The notes beneath the pieces were generated by a model that was not told the origin of the DNA, searched no databases, and worked only from the letters and a program-made list of their open reading frames with translations. Positions 11,618 to 64,000 of a stretch of 64,000 nt of DNA are shown here, piece after piece. Position 1 is the first letter of the stretch. Each line of letters opens with the position of its first letter. The stretch comes from Euglena gracilis (lineage: Eukaryota). The stretch covers positions 8,000,634 to 8,064,633 of the forward strand of contig CP154954.1 in NCBI GenBank assembly GCA_039621445.1, in the 5' to 3' direction. The position numbers were made by a program, and so were the translations under genes.

Positions 11618-11923
11618 GGCAACACAGCACACACACAACAACACACACACAGAGAGAGACAACGACAAACCGCCCCCCCCCCCACCCCCCCCAAACCCCC
11701 TCTTTCAAACCCGCCGACGACCATACCACACGGTTTGTAGCACCGCCCTGCCCTCCCCCTGCGCTTTATATTGAAGATGGGCCTTGCCCATTTTCCTCCC
11801 GCTGAGCCCGGCGACAGTTGACACCTCGGACTATCCATGGGGTTCCCCCATCTGTACATAGCCTCCGACACCCCTGAACACTCAAAACCAGTAGGCTGTG
11901 CCACTGGTCGGTGGACTGAGTTC

Positions 11924-11949
11924 AATTTCTGAGTGTCAATTTTTTTTCG
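11924..11949 (+). other. Genomic copy of the euglenid spliced-leader exon
   Basis: AATTTCTGAGTGTCAATTTTTTTTCG versus Euglena SL ACTTTCTGAGTGTCTATTTTTTTTCG (24/26, SL recalled from memory). No GT donor follows; ATG lies 13 nt downstream. Confidence 0.8.
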
Positions 11950-13935
11950 CCTTCCGCATAACATGGCCGGAAAGCCCCAGACGGGGTCCAAGAGCATCGT
12001 CGCCGCCCTGACCACGCAGACTGGAACCAAGCGGAGACTCGACATGGAGGTGGACTGTGAAGACCCTGCGTCACGTCGCAGACTACTGCAGACTACTGGG
12101 CAGCCTGCTGCATGACGACGAGAACGAAGACGACGCCGTACTACCGTGCCGACGTGGTCGCCGCCGACAGTCAACTACTACTGACAGCCTGGGTGCATAT
12201 TTGAGCTTGCAAAAGCTCTCCACGTCACATTTGGGCTTGAAAAAGCCCCAACCTTCAATATTGGGCCTGCAAAAGCCCCCTCTGGAAGCCGTCTCAAAGT
12301 CTGGAATATTGGGTTTGCAAAACCCTCCACTGGAATCGGCTCTCCCTCCTCATGTATTGGGCCTGCAAAAGCCCCCCAGAAAAAGCCTGTCAGCCTTTTG
12401 GACCTGCCAAAGCCTTTTTGCAGTCAACATTGCAGCAATTATTGGCCTAATTTTCTCATTGGCCCCCATAAGTCAGCAACCATCCATTCATGCCTCAGAG
12501 TCACACTGATGTTTGGCTCCTTCTTTCTGGCATTGGGACCAGTACCATCCCCATCCACCATGTTGAGTTCGCACCCAGCCTTCAACTCCTCAGTTTCCCC
12601 GACCCCATCTACACCACAACCTGAACCATCACCTTCTGGTGCTGTGGCTCTATCGACATCTCCCACCTTGGCTGTGGTTACATCGACATCTCCCACTCAG
12701 GCTCTGGCAGCATCGACACCCCTCACTCCAGCTGGGGACTCCCTGCCCAAAACCTTCTGCAGTTGGGGGACCATGACCTGCCCAGCTATCAGTTCCATTG
12801 GGACCCAAGTGGGTGGACCCAGATGCAGGGTCAGAGATCAGGGGTCACAGACCAATGCATCCCAGGCTGCCAGGCCAAGACCCCCAGCTCAACCAAAGCC
12901 TACCAAGGTTGATGCCATTGATGTGGAAGGCCTACAACCCAAGACCAACCCTGGCCCTGTACTGAGACCCTGGTCCATTCATGAGCCACCACCGTTGAAC
13001 CACTACACAGCTGAACATCTCACAACCTTTGGCTCACCAACAAGACCGCCACCTTCAATGTCATCCTCCAGCATGCCCTCATCAGAGTTCAATTTGGTCC
13101 AGGCTACCCTCAACCTGTACATCAACCTCAACCCCAGCTCCCTCAACCCCCACACCAACCCCATCATCCAGTTCAACCACGCTACCAGCCAAGACCCATC
13201 AACCCAGCGGACTGGTCCCAGAAGGACCTGGTGATGGACATCCCGCAGCTGCTGCATTGAGGAAGCAGACCCAACCAGGGAAATGCTCATGGTGGCCAAG
13301 GGGCCAATGACAGGAGAGCCCAGTTCAGGAGGGCCCTCTTTGTCAAGTCCACTGCTGGCATGGTCTCTGGTCACATGACACCACATTTGTTCCCCTCTAC
13401 CATAGTTGCTGATTCACATGTCCCCTACCCCCCAGCATAATGTCTGGCTACTGCCTTTCATTTCTTTGGGATTGTTGTCAGAACACTGGGGTTGGATGAT
13501 GACTTTCATACTCGTTGGCTACAACAAACTTTTATGAGGCATTCCCCCCATCCTGCTTGGCTTTTGCTCCAACAAACACTTCTGAGGCACACACCTTCAA
13601 ACCACTCAACCCAATCAATCAGTGGCCTTCTGGGGACTGACACCAGAGCTTCCCCATCTGAGACCCACACATTTTGGCCCTGACCCTCAGCCATCAACAG
13701 CCCACCCAGTACTGCATCCTGGCCCAGTACACCCTGGCCCAGCAGTTTATATCTATCATTGTGGGCCTTGTGGGCCTTTGGAGCAGTTCCTCAACTGCCC
13801 ATAGATCCAGGACTTCCTCCACCGGTGTGCCCTTATGGCCCTGCTCAACCTGTTCAGCTGATCAGACAACCCAGAGCCCCCCCCCCCCGGCATCAATATT
13901 CGAAGAAATATCTCCCTGCAACGAACATTTCAGCC

Positions 13936-14265
13936 CCAGCCTTTTGTTTCATCCGTGCCCAAAATTGTCATCAGCTTAGCACCCCCAGACATCGGGAAAT
14001 TCCAGCCAGTTTTTTCATCCCTGGCCAACATTGTGATCAGTTTGGCAACCCCAGAGCTTTGAGAAAACCAGCCTGTTGTTCCATCCCTGACCAACTTCGT
14101 GATCATTTTTTCAACCCCAGGGCTCTGAAAAAACCAGCCTGCTGCTCCATTCCTGGCCAACATTATGATCAGTTTGGCAACCCCAGAGCTTTGGAAACAC
14201 CAGCCTGTTGTTCCGTTCATGTCCGACATTGTGACCAATTTTCCAACCCCAGAGCTCTGGAAGCA
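13936..14265 (+). repeat. 66-bp tandem repeat x5 (22-aa unit)
   Basis: CCAGCC recurs at 13936, 14002, 14068, 14134 and 14200. The open frame reads PACCSIPGQHCDQFGNPRALEK-like units. Confidence 0.9.
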
Positions 14266-14514
14266 TGGAATCACTTAAATGCACTTTTTGACCGTTTGTG
14301 GCCCCCCTCAGCATCCCAGTGCCCTTCGGGCGCTGTCCGCGGGGACTTTTCCGAAGTAGGGTCTGTTTCTCGTTTTGGCAGGCTCGAAGTTCGTTCAGTT
14401 GTGGGCTGAGGTGTAGTGGCCGTAGGGGTGTGCACGGGGGTCCGCAGTAACGGTGGGGGCCACGCAAGGAAGGTGGGTATCGGAGTGGTCCTGGTTTTTC
14501 TTCGATGTAGACGT

Positions 14515-14556
14515 TCACTCCTCACCTGCGGAGACGTGGAAGAAAACCCAGGACCC
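14515..14556 (+). other. 2A-like ribosomal skipping (StopGo) peptide SLLTCGDVEENPG|P
   Basis: Exact D(V/I)ExNPGP motif; identical to the last 14 aa of T2A; in frame with the downstream RT region. Confidence 0.88.
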
Positions 14557-17500
14557 GCAGCACCCACGACGGCGCAAAACAAGTCATGCAAACGCAAGGA
14601 ACGATCCAGCTCCGCCTCCACTCGAAGACCAGCAGACAACGCAGACACCACTGACCGCCTGAACGACCTAGCCCACCCATGGGAAGGCAGAGACGCAGCA
14701 ACCGTAGCAGACTCGGCGGGCAACGAAAGCAACCTGAGAAACAACGCCAGATGCGGGATAACCATCAGTGCGAGACCTTGCCCAATTGAGGACATCCTAC
14801 AGCTCCGCGTGAACACCATCCTGCATGTCCCCGCAACTCTCCAAACCACGATATGAGACATCCTTGGAGCCGCCCTCGACGCATACACAAGCAACCCAAC
14901 CGACGACGGGCTCTGTGCAATCCTGGCTTTCCCCAGATTGGTGCTCCACACAGTAAATGCGAAAGGTACACACGCCCCCGATGAACTCGCCTCGGCAATT
15001 GGAAGACGAAACGGCCTGTTCCGATCCGGCGAGTACGGCACGTTACTGACAGAGCTCCACTCAGCACAGAAATCCGCAATTTCAAACGCCACAGCGCTAA
15101 TTAAAACCAGAGCGGAAAAACGGGCAAGAACAGAACCCTCCAGCCTACCAGACCGAACCCTGCAGAGAGTCAAAACGCTCACAGGGGAAGGAGGCCCAGC
15201 CAAAGCACTCCAACTATTACTCTCCGAAGGTTCCCACAAACCACAGGACCCACAGGTGTGGAACAAACTGGAAGCCCTTCACCCAAACGGTAAGCCGGTG
15301 GACCTGAACAACCTCCCCGCCAAGATGACACCGTTCCAGGAAGGACAATCAATCTCGTGGGAACCAATCCTGCATGAGGCAATCATTGAAATTCCCTCGG
15401 ACTTCATCCCCAGGACCTTCTGGGCTCCGCCCTGCTCACCTGCAAGACGCAATCAAGCGCCCAGGCAGAGGAGCACAGCTAATTACAGCACTCGCCAAAC
15501 TGACCAACACCTGGGTGAATGGGGACCTCCCTGCTGCACACTCCCCGTTCTGGTGCGGCGCCCACCTGACTCCGCTCAGAAAAAAGGATGACGGTGTCAG
15601 ACCGGTGGCAGTGGGTGAGACCATACGGAGGTTGATTGGCAAAGCCCTCTTGGCAACAGGCACGGCAAAAGACCAGGTCAGCAAGCTCCAACCCACACAA
15701 GTCGGCGTTGGGGTCACAAATGCAGCAGAATCAGTGGCAGTAGGCTTTCAGCACCTGGTGCACAAACTGGACCCAGCCGGCAATTGGGCAAGTTTGCAAC
15801 TGAACTTCTCCAACGCCTTCAATTGCATAGACAGGTCACACCTGCTGCTCGAGGCAACAACCACCATAACCCCCTGCCTCTTCAACCACCTCAACTTCGC
15901 GTACAAGAACCCTGCCCTCCTATTCTGCGCTGGCAAAATCCTCTGGTCCCGCTGCGGAACTAACCAGGGCTGCCCACTTGGCCCAGTCGGCTTCTGCGTT
16001 GGTCTGCAACCTCTGGCAGAGACCATCAGAAACAAAGCGGAGCTACTCTGGAGTTCGTGGTGTCTGAATGATGGTATCATGGTAGGCCAACCCGACAAAC
16101 TGCAGAAAGTCATCTCCTTCCTCCAGGGCGAAGCCACACGCCGCGGACTCCAACTGAACCTCCGAAAGTGTGTGGTATGGGGGCCAGCTGGCAACCTAAT
16201 CACCTCCGCACCAGATATGACCGTCATACCATGGCAAGAACATTCAGGGATCACGTATTGGGAGTTCCAGTGGAATTCCCTACAAGCCACCAAAAGACAG
16301 CTGAAGCGTGGGTTGCGGCCACACGGAAAATTGAACACGCAGCAGACATTGTAACCCAAATGACAGATGCCCAAATTTCTCATCACCTGCTACGCTCCTG
16401 TCTTGACGGTTGCAAAGTGAACCACCTGCTCCGCGCCTCCAACAGCTACCTCTGTAAAGAAGCAGTCACCCGATCTTCGGAAACCATTCTTCAAGCTTTT
16501 GAGAACGTCGTTGGAGTGCCTCTGAACACCACACAGAGACTGCAAGAAGCACTGCCACTCACCCTCACACAACCAAGCAGCGGAACGTACAGCAGCCCTT
16601 TGTGCCTTTTACACAGAAGGATATCAGCCAATCAGTTTGCCTCAGTATGCAACAGACCCAGTTGCAGATCTCATTGAACTACCACTCAAAAACTTGTGTG
16701 CTGCCCTGCCCAACCACTCGACAGCCCGAAGACTGCTGGGGAATCTGGCCCACACCAAGACCTCCGGAAAAAATGAACAATCCCAAAAATGGTGGTCCAC
16801 AGAAATAGGAAAAACCACAATGGACAACCTCATCAACCAATGCAAACCACGAGACCAGGCCTGCCTTTTGGAACAATCCTCAGGAATTGGACATGGTTGT
16901 ATGGTCTCTCCACCGTCCCCCGCCCTGCACACTGTCTTCTCAAGTGATGAGTACTGTCTTGGCCTCAAATGGTGGCTCGGAATGCCCATCATAGACGACG
17001 ACACGCAGAAATGCCAAGGCTGCCCCACTGGACAGGGAAGGGGACCACCTCATCTGTTGCCCACGAAACAACTTCACTGTCAGACACACGGCTGTTCAGG
17101 ATGCAATTTTCACCCTCCTATCCTCCACAGGCCAAGGTGTCCAGAAGGAAGTCACAATCCCCAATGCCCCCGATGCCAATCTGCGCCCCGCTGATCTCTT
17201 ACTGGCATGCTTCCAGGATTGCAAGCCCACAGCCCTCGACGTCACGATCTGTCATGCATGGCAGATCCCAGAACAAAATACCTCACGGGAACGATGGAGG
17301 TCTTTTCTTCGACGCAAATAATCTGCCAAGCAAACTAAATATGACGTCACCTGCCAAAATGCAGGTTGGTCTTTCACCACCTTGGCAATGGGCACATGGG
17401 GAGGCCTCGGCCCAGAGGGCGCCCGCTTGCTCGGTCGCATCTTCAAACGAGCCACGGCGAGGCAAGAAGGAGAAATAGGGGAACTCAAGCAGGCCGAAGG

Positions 17501-17699
17501 CTATCAGTCCGTCGCTGTCGCACTCACCCGCCAAATCTGGCAACTCCTCCGAGTGGAACACACCGTCCGCTAAACATGCACACCGCTAGCCACAAAATGC
17601 TCCACCAGCAGCGTCACACAGAGCACATACAGCCAAATGCGTACTACTTCGGGAAGCCGAGAGACAAACAGGGAACCTCCTCTCCATCAAAAGACACAA

Positions 17700-18375
17700 A
17701 CACGCCCCGCCAGGCGAACACCTGACACACCCCTCGTCTGTGATGCCCCACCCTGTCTTATTGCACGGCAAGGTGATTTGTTTCCAATGCAAGGCAGACA
17801 GGGGTGCCCCCACAATGTCAGAGGCAGCACTCCGGATGGAGTCGGAGATCACTTGCACATTGTGAGTCCCGGAGGAAATGTTGGTCTGACGCAGAAGGTG
17901 CGTGACGCGGCAGCCATCCAGACAGTTGCGCAGCAAACAATGTTGGAGTTGAGGATCCGGCAGTTGTTGGAGGCGCGAGATGGTAGCTTGAAATTTTTCG
18001 GATGCCTTGGCCCACGCGGTGTCAGAAAAGGTGCAGTCACCAGGATAGTCGCAGGGTACCCCTAGGCACAGGATGCCACTGCCCGGTCCCCATGGGGTGA
18101 CCGGGAAGTTTTGTGGAAGGTGGTCGGGAGGCAGGATCTGAAGAGCCGGGGGTTTCGGAGTGGCACAGGGTACACCTGGTCACCACAAGGCACACTTAGA
18201 GGGGTTGAGGTGGAGCCCAACGCTGCCAAGTGCCGTGGCCAGAGACGCCGTAAAAGGCAGAACATCAATGGCAGGGCCGATGACAGTGCCGTCGTCCAAG
18301 TACCATGCCTGCCACACCGTGTTGGGCAAATTGGCCGAAGCCTGTTGCAGCGCCTGATGGAGACCCAAGGCAAAG
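17700..18375 (-). pseudogene. CRE-like RT fragment, opposite orientation
   Basis: FALGLHQAL..AWYLDDGTVIG..GLHLNPSKCALW and LLRNCLDGCRVTHLLR, paralogous to 15960-16440. Confidence 0.85.
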
Positions 18376-19349
18376 GCAATGGAAGGAAAAGGTATAAGAA
18401 GAATATAAAAGAATACCACCTGTGGAGAGAGAAGGGGCACCCATTAGGAAATCCTAATAGGATCTGCTTCCATCCTAACTTCCTCAACGGAAGGGGACAG
18501 AAGCATACGCCTGGTACACATCCCCCTCCCAGGGCTATGCCCGATTTCCCCTTTGGACCAGGCATTCTGGCCACAGGGATTTCGGACACAGACCTGGTCT
18601 GTGGGAGGTGCACCCTGGCGCATCCACAGGGGCCCTTTCCGTCGCACAGGGGTCCACTCAAAGGGGGGGGGGCGGAAAGGAGGGGACCCAAAAAGCCCAA
18701 AACGCGCAAAATGGTTTCACCTATTTTGCGGTGGCTTATGGGTGTATAGTATATTATAGCCCATTGGGGAAAATGGGGCTGGCAGGTTTCCTTGCCAAGC
18801 AAACCCATCCACCCAGTTTGGGTGTGCCAAAGGCACTTGGGGTTGGGTCCATGGGCATTCCAGGAAAACCCATGGGGAGGGTGTGGAAGGAGGGGGCCTC
18901 TGACCAGTCAAACCTGGGCAGGGCGCATGGCCAGTCAAACCTGACCACGCAAAAGGAAATCCTACTCTACAAAACCAACTGCCGGCGACAGCATTTGCCC
19001 CGGGGGGAAAGTAGAGAGGAGTGGGGGGTTGGCTTAGGCCAGAAAAGTTGTGCTGTCTGGCAGCCTTAAGGCCTCAAACGGCCGAAAAGAAAAGAAAAGA
19101 AAGGGAAAGGAAAAGAGGCCGTCGGCCCTGTGCGCTGCGTGTCGCACGCCCGCGAGAGGGGAGAGGGGAGAGGGGTGTGCATGCATGCGCACGGAATCCT
19201 GCACATGGCAGCATCCCGGTGGGAACTTACTAGCGGCGAATACCGCAAAGGGTCTTCGAAGGGGCTGTTCGGGCGAATACCCAAACAGGGTGTCAGGCGA
19301 ATACCTGACGAGGGTGCTGAAAGACGCCGCATTGGCGCTGACAGACACC

Positions 19350-20543
19350 TCACCTGCCTTTATTGGCTGGACGTTCGCGGACCTCACGCCAGTAGTCGTG
19401 TTGGGGGTCCCCTAATGGGTCCTCAACCAACTCCAGTTGGCGTGGGGAACGCGGCGGAGCTGATTCACTCCGAATGGTGTTGAGCTCCGGATCGTTGACA
19501 TCAAAGGAAGGGGTCTCCCAGTCCTTGATCCAATTATCCGGCAGCTTCTCCCTGGTACGTTCAGCATGATGCTGAAGATACCGTTGGAGCTGCTCCCAGA
19601 AAATTCTGGGCAGCATCACCGGCCAGATGATGTAATTCATCCGGGGGTGATTCGCAGGCACCTGCGGGGGCATCCCCGGGGTCTGCTTGAAGTTGATGTC
19701 ATACATCCACCTCGCTGTCCGAGCTCTTGCGGTATGGGGCCGTAATACAGCCGCCAACCAACCTCTGAAGTCCACCAAATCGTGTTCTTCAGGAGGCCAC
19801 AGTGGCAAGGCGTATCCGCCATGCTGACGCTTGGAGAACAGGGGGTAAACCTGTGTCTCCCAGTCGCCATCAGTCCAGAGGTAAGGCATTCTTACCTTGG
19901 CGTGTTCCTCGACGGCGAGGCGCATTGCCCCAGCGTCGATCTGGAACTCACGGGCCATTCCCGTGTGGCGGTAGCTTTCTACCTTTCGGAAGTCGGAGTG
20001 CTTCAGGCGGCCTTCCACCTGCTTGTACTCCTTCTTCCACTTCTCCAGTGTCTCCCAGTGCTGGGGGACAATGGTGGTGACTGCTCCATCAGCAGTCTGC
20101 ACGAACTTGCCTCCTATACAGTTGATGCACAAGGCAGGGATATCCCTGTCGTGAGCATTCTCACTGTAGGAGTAGTTCAAGCTGTGCTTCCAGGCATTCA
20201 GGCACTCGCCACATACGAGCGCCACACAGTTCGGCACATATGCCCTGTGATGGAACCACGAGGATTGCACCTGCCGCTTGCACACATGCACAAGCGGTTG
20301 GTTATGCCGCACATGGTGGCATACGGTGCACGTCCAGGCAAAGGACGTGCCGTGCTGGAAATCCAACACGCAGTCCTCGCCAAAGTACTGTGCCAGTACT
20401 CTGGGTGAGCGCCTGTTCCAGAATGTCCAGGTATGGTTCCCATCATCATTGCCTCCACCTGGCATCGCTTTCACGCGGATCAGCCACATAGCTCCACATT
20501 GGCAGCAACCAAAATGCCCCCTGCCACGAAGGGTCCTATACAA
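19350..20543 (-). CDS. Intronless 397-aa orphan ORF with several CxxC pairs
   Basis: Long open frame of ordinary complexity with CCQC, CTVC, CGEC and CINC. No family recognised; the start is uncertain. Confidence 0.5.
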   Translation of the reverse strand: MYRTLRGRGHFGCCQCGAMWLIRVKAMPGGGNDDGNHTWTFWNRRSPRVLAQYFGEDCVLDFQHGTSFAWTCTVCHHVRHNQPLVHVCKRQVQSSWFHHRAYVPNCVALVCGECLNAWKHSLNYSYSENAHDRDIPALCINCIGGKFVQTADGAVTTIVPQHWETLEKWKKEYKQVEGRLKHSDFRKVESYRHTGMAREFQIDAGAMRLAVEEHAKVRMPYLWTDGDWETQVYPLFSKRQHGGYALPLWPPEEHDLVDFRGWLAAVLRPHTARARTARWMYDINFKQTPGMPPQVPANHPRMNYIIWPVMLPRIFWEQLQRYLQHHAERTREKLPDNWIKDWETPSFDVNDPELNTIRSESAPPRSPRQLELVEDPLGDPQHDYWREVRERPANKGR

Positions 20544-21709
20544 AGCTTTTGATTTCCCTCCAGCTCCATTATTCCCCTTTTTTGTGTTGGCTGCTCCAGC
20601 GCAGTCTGAATGGCGGGCAGCTCCTCAACGAGAGGTTCCCAACATCCAAGCACATTGAATCTGTTGGGCCGAGGCTTCAATCCTTGCCAGTGGAAGAATA
20701 TTTCCAACGTTGATCGCAACCACCCTTTGCCTTTGCCAATCCTGTTGGCAATGGTGACCTCAGAGCTGACTCATGCTTGGAAATGTGCATACAGACCTGG
20801 AAAAGATAAAAACCCCGCTAGCCGTCAAATTCGAGCTACTCTGGGATTATGACAACAGGGGTGTGCGCATGTGTGTGTGTTCACACACCAGCAGAACTCA
20901 TCGGAGATCTCAAACACTGTGGGGAGGACGTTAATGATTGTCATTTCCGGGGCTGTTGATATACTCCAGATGGTTCAAACCAAACAGTCCGGCTAATTTA
21001 GTCTGTATCCCGGCTAGTTTTGAGTTAACATTGGCCCAATTCTTCCAAACCAGGAACTAACTGCTGAAACTGTGACCAAATTTCGGTCCGCCTGTCCTAA
21101 CCCTTCCATTGTATGAGTGCAGAAATGGATTGGGTATGAACAAAAGCATGAGGCTGAGGATAGTGGCCTGGTCCTTCCGTCTGTTGTGCGGGATTGCGTT
21201 GCTTAGAAAACACTGATAAAAAATCTAAACCCCCCAAAAATGAGACCCCCAATTTTCAGCAACAAAAATTGGCTGACCCCAAGAATAAGCCCACTCTCTA
21301 CCCCAGAAGTTGAATCCAAAAAAAACACTTATAATAAGAATACCCCCCAAAAAAACTGCCACAAAAATGGGTGATTTTTTTTTCTTTTGTGGGGGGAGGA
21401 GGTTGCCCATTTAGAATAAGCTAAAGTTGGCTCCTTTTGGGACAACATTCGCCCATTGATGAAAATTGTGCTTTATTGGCCCTATTTTTGAACCTCCCTC
21501 CGGAAAGGTTCTTCAGGCCGAAATTTTCAGCAGAAATCCAAAAAGGAGACTGCCCCCCCCCCCCCCAAAAAGCAGACCCTCGCTTGGGATTATAAGCAAT
21601 GGACCCCAAAAAAAAAACTGGATACAGCTTCTCTGGGGGGGGGGGGGGTAGGCTAATACTATCGAATTCACCAGAGGCCCAGGGACCAACGGGCAAGCAA
21701 CGGGACGCC

Positions 21710-63998
<42,289 letters not shown>

Positions 63999-64000
63999 CT

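Larger units (their letters stand above)
11963..17573 (+). mobile_element. Near full-length decayed CRE-like non-LTR retrotransposon: low-complexity ORF1-like region, 2A, RT, Zn knuckle, RLE
   Basis: SSPGPSGLR, GVRPVAVGETIRRL, QVGVG, NFSNAFN, QGCPLGP, YLDD mutated to CLND, RPADLLL..PTALDVT, LAMGTWGG. Assigning 11963-14400 to the same element is inferred. Confidence 0.8.

Noticed and set aside
11851-11923. HDV-like or hammerhead ribozyme
   Set aside because: P1- and P2-like pairings exist, but the L3/P1.1 and catalytic J4/2 consensus and a CUGANGA core were not found.
11924-12050. Functional SL-RNA gene
   Set aside because: No GT donor after the exon and no recognisable 5S or tandem unit; an ATG follows instead.
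14515-14556. Lab-vector T2A contamination
   Set aside because: Lacks the EGRG/GSG vector context and is embedded in frame in a decayed natural retroelement.
14271-15266. 331-aa minus-strand ORF
   Set aside because: Antisense shadow of the CRE-like RT region.

Overview
Eukaryotic nuclear DNA, almost certainly from a euglenid. The evidence is a 24/26 match to the Euglena spliced leader (recalled, not looked up) and many euglenid-type nonconventional introns. About 21.7-64 kb is the middle of one minus-strand GCN1 gene, split into about 45 short GC-rich exons. Its introns are a mix of canonical GT/GC-AG and nonconventional stem-forming types, and they carry hAT-type MITEs (CAG...CTG ends, 8-bp TSDs), a deleted hAT element and kilobase microsatellites. 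About 1-21 kb is a nest of decayed retroelements. The first is a Ty3/Gypsy chromovirus with both a C5-cytosine methyltransferase and a Dam-like amino (probably N6-adenine) methyltransferase between gag and protease. Next come CRE-like RLE non-LTR elements; the longest follows a genomic spliced-leader copy and has a T2A-like peptide before its RT. There is also an orphan Cys-rich intronless ORF. Top leads: the dual-methyltransferase Gypsy, the SL plus 2A retroelement, and the 3+5=8 nt match between hAT insertions and nonconventional introns. All calls were made by eye; no searches were run.
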